Shown: positions 10,101 to 20,400 of the stretch, in pieces
Layout: every line of letters starts with the position of its first letter
How positions within the stretch are numbered: the stretch's first letter is position 1
Source: Camelus dromedarius
Taxonomy: Eukaryota
Direction: 5' to 3'
Length of the DNA stretch: 64,000 nucleotides
Assembly: GCF_036321535.1 (NCBI RefSeq)
Contig: NC_087449.1
Span: forward strand, 51,336,001 to 51,400,000
The notes under the pieces: model-generated
The model's input: the letters and a program-made list of their open reading frames with translations, nothing else
Databases searched by the model: none
What the model was told of the DNA's origin: nothing
Translations under genes and position numbers: made by a program

Positions 10101-12877
10101 CAGCCTTATTTTATCACATAGCTATTCATCTATCCATGCCTCCACCCATTTGTCATTCTTATTTTCTGATACATTTTGAAGTTGCGGATATTGGTGTACT
10201 TCCCTCAATTACTTTAACATGCTTATTAACGAGAGTTCAATAACTATTTTTTTTCCCTTTTAAGGTTAAATTTACATGCAATGAAATGTACAAATTCTTC
10301 CAGAGGCTGAGTTATTTCCATCACAGATTAATTTTGTGTATTTTAGAATTTTAAATAAATGGAATCATATATTAACACCTCTTTCACTTAGCACCATGCC
10401 TTTAAGATTCATTCATGTTGTCACTATATTAGCAGTATGTCTCTTTTTATTGCTAAGTTATTCTATTGTATGAATATACCAATATTTATTTATCTGTGAA
10501 TACCTGGGTTGCAGTTTTGGGCCATTGTCCAAATGCGTTACGCACATTCTTTTTCAAGACCTTTTCTTTGGTAGATGCATGTTTCCATTTCTCTTGGGTA
10601 AATACCTAGGACTAGACTTGCTGGCCCATATGGGAAATGTATATGAGAAATTGCGAGACACTTGCTCCAAGGGGCTGTACCATTTTATAATCCCACCAGT
10701 GATGAATGACAGATGTGGCTGCTCCACATGTGATGCATTCTTTTTTTTTAATCTTTGTTGAATTTTTAAAATTGTGGTTAAATATACATAACACAAAAAT
10801 GTGTCATTTTAACCATTTTAAGTGTACAGTTCTATTAAGTACATTCACACTGTTGTGCAACCAATGACTGCATTCTTAAACACTTTGCTCTATTGCATAT
10901 TATTCTTCCTTGTGTCTTTTCTTATTCCCCTATCTTCTCTGTTCTTGGTTTTTAATTTACATTTATTTATTTTACAGTATTCTTATAACCCACTTCAAAG
11001 TCTTTGTCACACAAGGCAGAATGTAAATGTAATATGTCTGTAACTGCCATCATTAAGACGCAGCTAGAGTTTAGTAATCAAGTGCAGGAAACAATAATTC
11101 CAATTCTTATTTCAATTAAGATGAAAACGTGAGAACCTATGTCAGTGTTTTAAAAAGTATAACGTATTACAGAAAGTATTTTCACACCAGTAGCTGATGT
11201 GAAACCAGTAGGGTTTTCCATCTACAAGAACAAGAGGAAAAATATTTAGGCCAGCATGATCTACTAGTCAGAAAATCTGTCCCTGGGTACAGGGGTTCTG
11301 AATATACAAAGTACCTGTTCACCACACACCCAGAGTTGGCCATATATTGCATCTCTCATCTCTATTTTTCAACTATTTGACATTGTAGCAAGCTGCTTTA
11401 GTACTTGGCACAGAGTAGATGCTTCGTAAACACTGTCAAATTGATAAAGGAATCCTGTTATTTCTAACTAGGAAACCTAAGACCTTAAAAAAGAGAAATA
11501 AGAAACTGGAGGCAACAGAGCACCACTAGCTGAAAATATACTCTGCATTTTGCTGTTTACATATTTATTGTCTCATTCCACTAGACTGTAGTAAATTCCA
11601 CGAGGGGACAGACTGGCTTGTTTCAGTCATGTACCTCAGAGATCTAGAACAGTGGCACATAGTCCTGTCCCCATAGCATTAAGGGCACTCATGAGCTTTG
11701 AGAAAAGACCTGAATTAGAGTCCTGGCTTCCCAATTAAAAGCTGTGTAACTTTAAAAGTTATTAAGCTTCTCTAATAATAGTACTTAGCTCAGAGGTTTT
11801 TGTGATTTTAAAGTGCTTATTACCTAGTAAATCATAATGTTTTTATACTATATGCCAGGCAACTGCTCTAAATGCTGAATTCGAATTAACTCGCATTTAA
11901 TCTTGACCAGAACTCTATGAGGCAGGCGCAATTATTATCTCCATTTTTATAGTCAAGGTGAAGGAGAGAGGTTAAGTAACTTGCCTGGTTAAGGTTACAC
12001 AGCAGACAGAGCTTTCAAACCCAGACTGGCTTCAGAGTCCAGTCCTTAAGCAATATGCTATATTTCCTCTCAGTAAACCCCCAAATGTTAGTTTATATCA
12101 TTATAATAACGGTTACTAGGGGTGAGAAGCTCTGACTACTATGTTTACCTTCTCCTGAATGACACTTGCAGCACGATTTATTAAGGGAGAAGTGAGAGGA
12201 TGGAAGGAGAGAACATACCCAGTGAGGCGGTTTCGGATAATTTTGACGCTCATCACGGTCTCCCCCATGGTGGCAAAGGCTCTGGAGATGAAGTTCTCAT
12301 CCATGTAGGGCTCCAGCTGCGTAAATACAAGAGCAGAGCAGCTCAGGCCAGCATCCAGGCTCCTCATTCCTGGATCCGGGGCCCCTCCTGGTCAGCCCAG
12401 GGTCGGCGGCACGCTGCGGGCCGGAGTGGTGTGGGGGTGAAGAATTTCCATCTGCCGAGTGATCTGAAGCCCAACTTCTGCTTCTCAATCCCTTGCCTTC
12501 CTTCTTTTCAAATTTGCTCCTTTTAGGGAGCCTTCCTCATGGACTCAGGAACTCCATCCCTTCAGTCCTGGAACCAAGGCGCCCTTCAATCTTTGGGATT
12601 CTTCCCATTCTATCCGCCCAAAGAACCTCCCTTTCCCGTCTGTGAACCCGAGCGGGGCCCCACGACGCATCCCCCTCAGACTCAGCCCCTTCACCTAGAT
12701 GCTGGAGCTCGCTTTGGCGTCTCCTGAAAGAACTCCCCTCCCCATTCACTTCCACTCTTTTGGTATCCCAGGAACGCCCCCGTCCCGTCCCTTTCTTCTC
12801 ATGACACTAAAATTCCTCCTCCGCAGACCAGGGCGGCCGTGCTCACTCACGTCACCCATCCATAGGCTGGCCGCCAT
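1098..12877 (-). CDS. TRNAU1AP: TRNAU1AP (SECp43, tRNA selenocysteine 1-associated protein 1); exons 3 and 5 unreadable, last exon outside the window
   Basis: [23 protein letters not shown]... RRM sequence and Tyr/Gln-rich C-terminal region; canonical splice sites on all six visible exons. Confidence 0.96.
1198..1312 (-). mobile_element. Camelid SINE with internal deletion, 10-bp TSD
   Basis: Reverse-complement SINE; AAGATGGTGT at 1188-1197 and 1314-1323. Confidence 0.88.
1477..1639 (-). CDS. TRNAU1AP: TRNAU1AP exon 7 (163 nt, Tyr-rich)
   Basis: [54 protein letters not shown]. Confidence 0.96.
1700..1890 (-). repeat. MIR (one of >15 in the window; others near 5480-5680, 7290-7500, 11880-12060, 21440-21620, 22500-22640, 27930-28050, 60500-60660, 61250-61430, 62890-62990)
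   Basis: MIR core TTTTACAGATGAGGAAA-TGAGG-CAGAGAGGTTA and its reverse complement. Confidence 0.8.
3648..3851 (-). mobile_element. MER20 (hAT-Charlie MITE)
   Basis: Reverse complement of recalled MER20 core (GTTGTCACAACTTGGGG...CTGGCATCTAGTGAGTAGAGGCCAGGGATG). Confidence 0.82.
4630..4749 (-). CDS. TRNAU1AP: TRNAU1AP exon 6 (120 nt)
   Basis: GYGFVKF (RNP1) [33 protein letters not shown]; GTGAGT donor. Confidence 0.96.
5743..5898. other. N-gap (156 nt), probably containing TRNAU1AP exon 5
   Basis: The minus-strand flank runs into the gap as a polypyrimidine tract (TTTGTCTCTGAATTTCGCTTTCTCTTCT); no exon-5 sequence is visible elsewhere in 4752-6891. Confidence 0.8.
6296..6370 (+). mobile_element. 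MER58-like fragment with a local inversion
   Basis: TTCTGTGAAGTGCCAGATAGTAAATATTTTAGGCTTTG resembles the MER58 end. Confidence 0.7.
6894..6946 (-). CDS. TRNAU1AP: TRNAU1AP exon 4 (53 nt)
   Basis: [17 protein letters not shown]; TTTCCAG acceptor, GTAAGT donor. Confidence 0.95.
7531..7678. other. N-gap (148 nt), best candidate for TRNAU1AP exon 3
   Basis: A 3n+1 exon is required between exons 2 and 4 and is not visible. Gaps 7005-7209 and 7719-7874 are alternatives. Confidence 0.55.
7875..8110 (-). mobile_element. L1 ORF2 fragment
   Basis: GATGGCCATTCTGACTGGTATGAGGTGATACCTCACTGTAGTTCTGATTTGCAT. Confidence 0.82.
8529..8715 (+). mobile_element. Camelid SINE with (TACA)n tail variant
   Basis: GGGGAGTGTATAGCTCAAGTGGTAGAG...; approximate TSD AAAAAGTCA(A/C)TGTT. 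Confidence 0.88.
10330..10830 (-). mobile_element. Old L1 3' fragments
   Basis: AAATGGAATCATAT, TTGGGTAAATACCTAGGA, CATTTTATAATCCCACCAG. Confidence 0.7.
12219..12316 (-). CDS. TRNAU1AP: TRNAU1AP exon 2 (98 nt)
   Basis: [33 protein letters not shown]; ACGCAG acceptor, GTATGT donor. Confidence 0.96.
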
Positions 12878-13130
12878 GCCCGAAGCCCCGCCAGGCCTTT
12901 GCCGGCCACCCTGGCGGGCGCGGTGGCTAGTCAGCGGGGCCGGGACCTCCACGGAGCATGCGCCTCCGACGCTTTCTGCGCACGCTCCGCAACTCGGCGC
13001 CCAGGGCCGCGCCTGCGTGCCGCTCAGGATTTTTCCGGATCCCCGAGGGCGGGACTCAGACGGGAGCCAGCAGGGTGGGGCGGGGCAGGCGCCGCCTCGC
13101 GCTGGACCTTGGGTGGCGCGGCTGATAGGC
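12340..13130. promoter_or_regulatory. CpG island / TRNAU1AP promoter
   Basis: CpG-dense region spanning exon 1; GC boxes near 13075-13090; GCATGCGC at 12956-12963. Confidence 0.88.
12851..12877 (-). CDS. TRNAU1AP: TRNAU1AP exon 1 CDS (27 nt)
   Basis: GGC ATG GCG GCC AGC CTA TGG ATG GGT GAC|GTGAGT = MAASLWMGD. Confidence 0.96.
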
Positions 13131-15514
13131 TTTCTCAAGTTTCTGACTTTATTTAAACACACACGTACATATAAAATTAGAAAAGTAGTATATGCTCATT
13201 GTAGAAAATTGCAAATATAAGCACATTTTAAAAAAAAGTGAAAGATCCCCTTTGGGAGCCTGAACGATCCAGTTTCACTGTGTGCCCTCGAGCAGTTTAC
13301 TGACTGACCGGTCCATCCCAGCCACCCCTTCACCCCGCGTTTCCCAGTTTGCAAGGCTTATGTGTGATTTCTGTTGAAGCTGGAATGGGGTTCTTCCATC
13401 ATTCCCGTGTATAGCCTTAGGACGCGGGGAGGGGAGGGTTAAAGGGAGAGTAAATTCTATCACCTCAACTAATCAGTCCCCAAGCCTTGTTACTCTTTCA
13501 TGCATCCCATCTCCTTACACGGGCCCAAACCTCCAGGAGCTCTAGTCAGTCCCAGAACAGTGACCTGCCATCGAAGGCCCTCAGTAAACACGATTTGATG
13601 ATTAGATAACACAGACGGTTTGACTTCCTAGTCCGGGTGTCCCTGTTTGATGCCCATTTCTCAGAATGTGAAGCTTCCCTAGGTGATTGTCATCTCCAAC
13701 AGTGAAGCCCCTCCCAAATGCTTGAGGATCTGTTTCCTGGGCTCCCTTTGCACTAATGGGCCACTAATGCCCTTCCTTTTCAGTTTACACATCCCAAGCT
13801 TGGGGTCTTGGGCCCCAAAGTCAACCACTCATGGTCTAAGATCCGACCATGGTCTTGAGATCCAACCATGAAGTGCCAAATTTCCAGCTTTATCCCATCC
13901 ACTGCAGTAGTGGTGTATGGTTAGGTGTTTTGGCTATAGACTTGAACAAAAGGGAGCCCAAATCCCAGTCCCCTTTAATTATTTTGGCAAGTTATTTAAA
14001 CTCTCTGAGTTTAAATGTGGGTAATAGCAGTGCTTACCTCATACCATGTTTGTTGTGAGGAGAAAATGTGAAGTTGGGAAAGCACTTGGCCCAAAGCCTG
14101 GCATCCAGTAAGTTGTCCAACATGGCAGTTGAAGGCATTCAAGTTATAACTGAGAACAATTTACTTAGTACTATTTGCCAGCCTGTGTGCTTTGCTCTTT
14201 GTTTACTATTTTTTTTAATTGATTTTACTTGTGGAAGACTTTCAAATTATTTATTTTTAATTTAGAATGTAAGCCTCATCAGAAAGGATTCCTTGTTCAC
14301 TTTGTTTCTAATCAAATTCCCAAAACAGTATTGGGAACAGGGTAGAAACTGAAAAAAAAATTGAATTTATGTCACAATCAATAAACAGCTGTCCCTTACC
14401 CCTATCTATCCCTACTCCCAACTCCTAGTCCCTTGAAGCAAACTTCCAAATCTTCCCCCTAAAATTTGCATATTTCTAAGTAACATTTCTCATTTGCAGC
14501 TACAGATATGAGGGACTGCCCCTCATACACACACTTTTCCATCTTCTGATTATAATTTCTGTCAAAACAATATTGAACATTTACATTATTATGACTTTGT
14601 AAATATTATTTATAGCTGAGCCATACAGGGTTGATTACATTTGCCTGCAGTAACCAATCCAGGTTGGAGGATAGGGGAAATCATAAAATTGAGAGTACCT
14701 GTGTTTGAACACAAAAAAGCTCCTGAGACATTGGCAATGAATTAATGATACTTATACCAAAAAACTAAGCATGTGAAAAACAAGGCAGTTATTAAACACA
14801 GGGGAGTAAAAAATGTGCAATAGTCATAATAGCAGAGACGTATAGAGCATTTACTATGTGCCTGACACTGTTCTAATACATGTAAAGCACCTACAGAGAG
14901 CTTTATAACTCTTACGTGCAATACAAGGAAAAGGAATTGAAGTTCTGGTCTTGGGTGGAGGCTGATTTAAATTCCAGCCTAGTCTGTGCACTTGGTAGTT
15001 TCTGGGCCTCAAGTTAGTCACTTGAACTCTCAGGGACTATTTCCTGAGGGACAGCAATTCCTATTTCACAGGGCTGATGTGAGGATTTAATGGGCTATTA
15101 CAGTATGTAAAGTGCTCAGCACAATGCCTGGTTTTAAGTCCCAACCCACAAGGGCTGTTACTAAGGATAGGGTACTTTCAACCTGCTATATTGTCAAAGG
15201 GAAAATTTCAGTATATCTAAACCAAATGGATTTTCTGGGGGAGTAGGCGTCAGGGAAGAACAGACAGACAAGTGCTCTTTTACAAAGAAAACATCAAAAT
15301 CAGAAGTGTGATTTTTTCCCCCTTCTAAGAAGTCAACTTCTAGTCAGTATAGTACCTGCATCAAAACTAAAACTTCAAGAAAAAAACAATCACAGAATAC
15401 ATTTTAAATTATTTTACATCATATTCATTTTTTCAAGAGCCACTGACATCCAAAAATCTTCCTGGCACTAATAAAACTTGCCTGTCGTACATATACAGAC
15501 CTTCTATAGAAATC

Positions 15515-15728
15515 AGCACTGTCCACTACAACTTTCTGCAATTATAGAGATGTTCTATATATTTCTATAATTGCATAGCCCAATACTATAGGCACTAGTC
15601 ACATATGACTACTGAGGACCTGAAATGTGGCTAGTGCAGCCAAGGAAATTCATTTTATATTTTTTACAAATTTAAATTAACTGTAAATAGCCACATGTGG
15701 CTAGTGACCATCACACTGGACACGTCAG
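15515..15728 (+). mobile_element. MER3-type hAT MITE
   Basis: CTGTCCA...AACTTTCTGC start, TGAAATGTGGCTAGTG, AAATAGCCACATGTGGCTAGTG. Confidence 0.8.
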
Positions 15729-16243
15729 CTCTTTATGATTTGCTTGCTCAAATGAAAATCTTGCCTGTGAAAATCTACATCATTATGCTTAAGTTGTCTT
15801 AAGAGTTACCGTGCAGTTAATCATGTTTAATCAGTTACACCAGCTGCTGAAATGATACATCATCAAACTTTGTAAAAGTGTTTTTAGAGATGTACCGTAC
15901 TCAGAAATCTTGGTTTGGGATTAGGATATTAAAAGATCTACCCCGTGTCTCTCATTATGTAGTATAATTTTTTTTTTTAAATCCAGTGATTCATAAACCA
16001 TAAATACCTAAACAAAAGTCAATCAATTCTTCTTTTCTTTTTTGATTTGTCTAGAAAAGCCACTGTTCCATATAAAAACACAGCTGACTGGCACACACCA
16101 GGACCTCTCAACATCACTTAATTCCTAGTCTTCACCAGGTCCACAGGCATAGATTTATTCTGCCCTTTCCAATACAGCAGGTACTCCCTTAAAAAAGCAG
16201 GGAGTGTGTAGAAAACAAGTGGCCTGTTTTATAAAACTCTAAA

Positions 16244-16439
16244 TTTATTCAAAGTGTTAAAAGATTTCACTCTTCCCTCCAAAATACTTTACATTAAAAA
16301 AAAATTCAAAACTCTTTTCTATTTTTTCAGCCACTGTACAAGCTGCTGCTTCCCTTTCTGGCGACCAGCCTCTGCCCCTCTAACCCTCTTCCCCTCCCTC
16401 CCTCCCTCACTTCACTCTCAGTATTGCTATAGGTTTATT
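16244..16439 (-). terminator. Candidate RCC1 polyadenylation signals (AATAAA at 16434-16439 and 16244-16249)
   Basis: TTTATT on the + strand, 0.8 and 1.0 kb past the stop codon. Confidence 0.6.
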
Positions 16440-17230
16440 TATAAAGCACTCCTTCCCTCTCTCCCAAGGTCCTCTCCTGCAGGCGTAGCTTTCTTTCCAG
16501 ATTTCAGGCCCTTGGCTGCAGGTGACTCAGGTTGGTTGGGTGAGATACTGCAGTCAATGTTTGAAGGGAAGAATGCTTTGTGCTTCTGGGAGAAAGGCTG
16601 ATTGGCTTTTTTCTTGATCAAGTGGAGAATCTTTTTTTTTTTTTTTTTTGCCTCATGGGCACCTGTTCAAGGCCAAACATTTGGCTTGGGGTTGCCCATG
16701 GCTGGGTAGTCCTGCCCCTTCTCCAGTTTCCCCCAGGCATAGGTCCATGACAACTGGATCTGACGACTGTACCATTTGTCTGCCTGTGGGCTGTGAAGGA
16801 CAGGAAGAGTGGCACACGACTACTAGAGAGGGCTTGAAGGAGCCCCAACTCCTCAGGGTATGGGCACCAAACACCCAGCGGAGGAAGTTTTGGTTTTTGG
16901 TAGGCAAAACCAGGGTCAGCCAGGACCAAGGGAGGTAGTGATGAGGGGGAAAGGTCTAACCACATAGCTGTGGGGTGAGCAATATTCCTTCTGACAAAAC
17001 TCCCTCCCCTCTGCCATATCCCCCACCCTCATCCTGTAGGTCCCAGGATGATCCCAGAAAGGAGGGGAAAAAAAAGAGGAGGAAAAGGATTCTGTTCTGC
17101 TCTAGGGGAAAAAGCAGGAGATGACAGAGTACTTGGGGCTGGGGGAGGTCTGCTGGAATATGCAGTCATCGCAGCTTCCCTGTTCTGGGAGGGAGGTGGG
17201 GGGCCGGCAACCAGGCCCTCAGAGGCTTCA

Positions 17231-17406
17231 TCAGCTCTGCTCCTTGTCCTTGACTAGTAAGACTGTGTGCTGGCCTCCGCTGGACACAGATAAGACCACG
17301 CGGTTCTCCAGCTGCTTGCCTGTCATCTCCACAGGGCTCCATGCATCCTCTTCCTGTCCTGTGCCCAGCTGGTAGTTGGTGCCCATGCCCCAGGCAAAAA
17401 CACGTC
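17231..17406 (-). CDS. RCC1: RCC1 last coding exon (176 nt to TGA)
   Basis: [17 protein letters not shown]...[13 protein letters not shown]; tandem TGA TGA. Confidence 0.97.
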
Positions 17407-20400
17407 CTACAAAGGAGAGAAATGGGGGCAGCTGTCTCCAGGGTCCCTAGCCCTACCCTTCCCAGCATTCAGTGATGCTGGGAGAAGACAAGGGGGTGAC
17501 GGATAAAAAAAACCTTTGTCAACCAGAGACCACAGTCCTTACACATTGCCAAAGACTTCTCCCTGCTCCTAGGCATGGCATTCAAGGCCCAACAACGACT
17601 GGCTATTCTCCAAACCCCCTTAGCACCCTCCATTCCCAGGACCACTGCCTTTGATGCTCTGGATATTCCTGGACCCGAGATGCCCTCCTTTGCTTATCAT
17701 AAAGGACTGAAACTTCGAGGTGCAGGACAAGCCCCACTTCCTCAGGAATTCTTCCCAGATAATCCCTGTTCAAGCACCTCGGCCAGTCTGACTTCTCAAG
17801 GTCCCATGGCTGTTCCACTCAGGCTTTAGCAATCAATTGTCCACATCTCTGCTGTGCCTGCCAGGACCCCAACTACTAAGCCTTCTTTCTCCTAATAAAA
17901 TTCTAAGTACAACTCCCTGGGAAGTTGGCACCTACTAGGTTGTAAATAAAAGGGTCACCGTGGTAGAAAATGTAAAGAGAAGCCTGAGTTAGGAGTCAGG
18001 AGACCTGGGTTCAAGTCCTACTGTCTGTCTGGTCCTCAGTGATATATCCCCCTTTGCTGTTTTCCTCCTCTACAGAACAAATCATCTCTATTAAAACAAT
18101 CTGTTTACTCATTTAACGTCATCAAAGCCAGAGCTCCTGACAATCAGGATGAAAGCAATGTCATCACAAACACTGCTCTCAGTATCTCAGCTCCATCATA
18201 TCAGAGCCTGAATCACAACCCTCAGACCCCAACCAGACCGACTGTGGGCAGCCCCACTCACCATCCTTAGTCACAGCATATCCCACAGAGGCCCCACAAG
18301 CCACTGAGGAGACAGGGGGCAGCCTGGAGATGAGGGTGGGTATGCTCTTCTCCTCAGCGCCCTCCCCAAGGCCCAGTCGCCCATACTCAGCCCGGCCCAG
18401 GCTGTACGCTCTTCCTGTGGGAAGAGGGAGAGAGGAGTAGCAGAGGACGTGCTCCAGGTAGGCCAGGTGAGTGTCCACATCCATGGGAACTGGTCCCCCG
18501 TTCCCAGGGTGGTGAGAAGGTCTGCAGTGTCTTTTTCAGTTTTGGGAGAGGCCTGGGAAAACAACCCATAGGCCCCTATTGCTCATATTTGGAAGAGCAC
18601 CAGAATGCTGAGGGATGGGGGTGACCCTCACAGACCCACAGCTAGTCCAACCCTTGGAGCAGGCCCAGGTTCCAAGAACCATCACTCAGGAGTGTGGCCA
18701 GGTCTGTGCCCAGGGAACACTCCACCCCCGACCCAGAAATGGGCCTGGAGGTCCCACCTTCTGAATCCATGCAGACAGTATGGTGCTGGCCACCAGAGAA
18801 GCCCACCCAGGACTTGGTGGAGTTCTTGAAGGATGTCAGGTTCTGAGGTACAAAGCAAGATTCTGTGCCTGGGGTTCCTGGGGAGAAAGGCCCGGATAGA
18901 GCTGTCAGGGGGGAAGGTGTCCAAGGAGCTGTCCTTCATCCCTTCCCACAGTGTGGCCACCCGCCCTGCACCAGGGTATTCACATTCTTATTTCACAGAT
19001 GACAAAACTGGGGCTCTGGAAATTAGGTGACCCCACCAAGGGGGCACAACAATGAGTGGTGGAGGCAGGACTGGAACTCAGGTCACTCTGGGCTACGTTG
19101 GGTGCTGGGCTTGCGACTCACCAAGCTGATGGTAGTTGGAGAGGCCAAAGCCATATACATGGCCCTCAGAGGAGATGGCAAAGGTGAAGTAGGCGCCACA
19201 GAAGGCATCCTGGAATCTGACATGGCCCCGGCTTCCCCTGGATTTCAGCATCACACACTTGGGGACCAGGAGTCGTTCTACAGGCAGAGAGAAGGCTTAG
19301 GTCAACGGCAGACACACATGGCCTCTCCTCTAGGCCCCAGCTCTTTCTCCTCCACTGCAAAAGCCCTCACAGGGAGGCTGAGCAGAGACTCTTCTCCCTC
19401 TTATACAGAAGAGGAAACTGAGGCCAAGAGAGTCCATTCAGACTCCCACAACCATAAGAGCTTAACATTTACATGGAACTTACCATGTGCCCAACATTCT
19501 TCTGTGTTAACTCATCTAACTTCACAACAACCCAATGAGATGAGGAAACTATGTCTAGGGTCCCCTAGCCAGTGGGTGGTAGAGTCAGGATTCAAACCTG
19601 GGCTAGTCCGGCTCTAGAGTCAGAGTTCTCAACCTGATGCAAGCCTGAACACAGAAAATCCCTTCTGCCCTTGAGCTTCACCAGGGGTGGCCTGCCAACT
19701 TGCCCCACCAGAGGGACCTAAGCCACCTACCAAGGCCCTGCCGGCCACCACGATTGGCAAACAATTCAGGCACACGGCCCAGCTGGCCCTGCTCTCCACA
19801 GCCCAAAGTATAGAGGTCGCCATCAGCTGTCAGCATCACCAAGTGGTCATTTCCTGAGGGTGAGAGAAGGCAGGGGATGCAGGGCTTGTATATAAGGCCC
19901 AAGGCTGGGCCAGCCCCAGAACAAGGTTCTCCAACTACTGCCCAGACTCACCTGAGGCCACCTTCACCACCGGCGTGCTCAGCTGCACCTGCACAGGCAC
20001 CATGCTCTTTTTCATGGGCTCCAAGAGCCCGATCACACCGTTGTTGTCCTGCAAGGGAGGGATGGAACAGTTTTCAGCCTAGTACCAGCCAGATCCAGCT
20101 TTGCAGGCAGCCACAAAGCTGTCTGGTGAAGGGCACTGGTGCCAGGTAGGGATGGAGAGGTGGGCAGGAGCCAGGCCACATAGTACTCTGTGATTTGCAT
20201 TAAAATAACAAAGGAGTTGGGGATGAGATGGGAGTGAAAAGGAAACAACTTTAGCCACAAGCTGATAATTGTTGAAGTGAGTAAATGGAGTTCAATATAT
20301 TATTCTAATTATTTTTATGTGTTTGAAATACTCCATTAAAAAAAAGTAAAAATAGCCCCAACGAGGAAACATCAGATTCCTTTATTTTTGACATGCCAAA

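Noticed and set aside
12746-13220. 138-aa ORF extending TRNAU1AP upstream in frame, and a 173-aa antisense ORF
   Set aside because: They cross the promoter and start at non-ATG codons in GC-rich DNA; the real start is the ATG at 12877.
13829-13870. Short imperfect tandem duplication CATGGTCT(A/TG)AGATCC(G/A)AC; similar at 34212-34233 and 51923-51948
   Set aside because: Two to three short units, consistent with replication slippage; not a CRISPR array or satellite.
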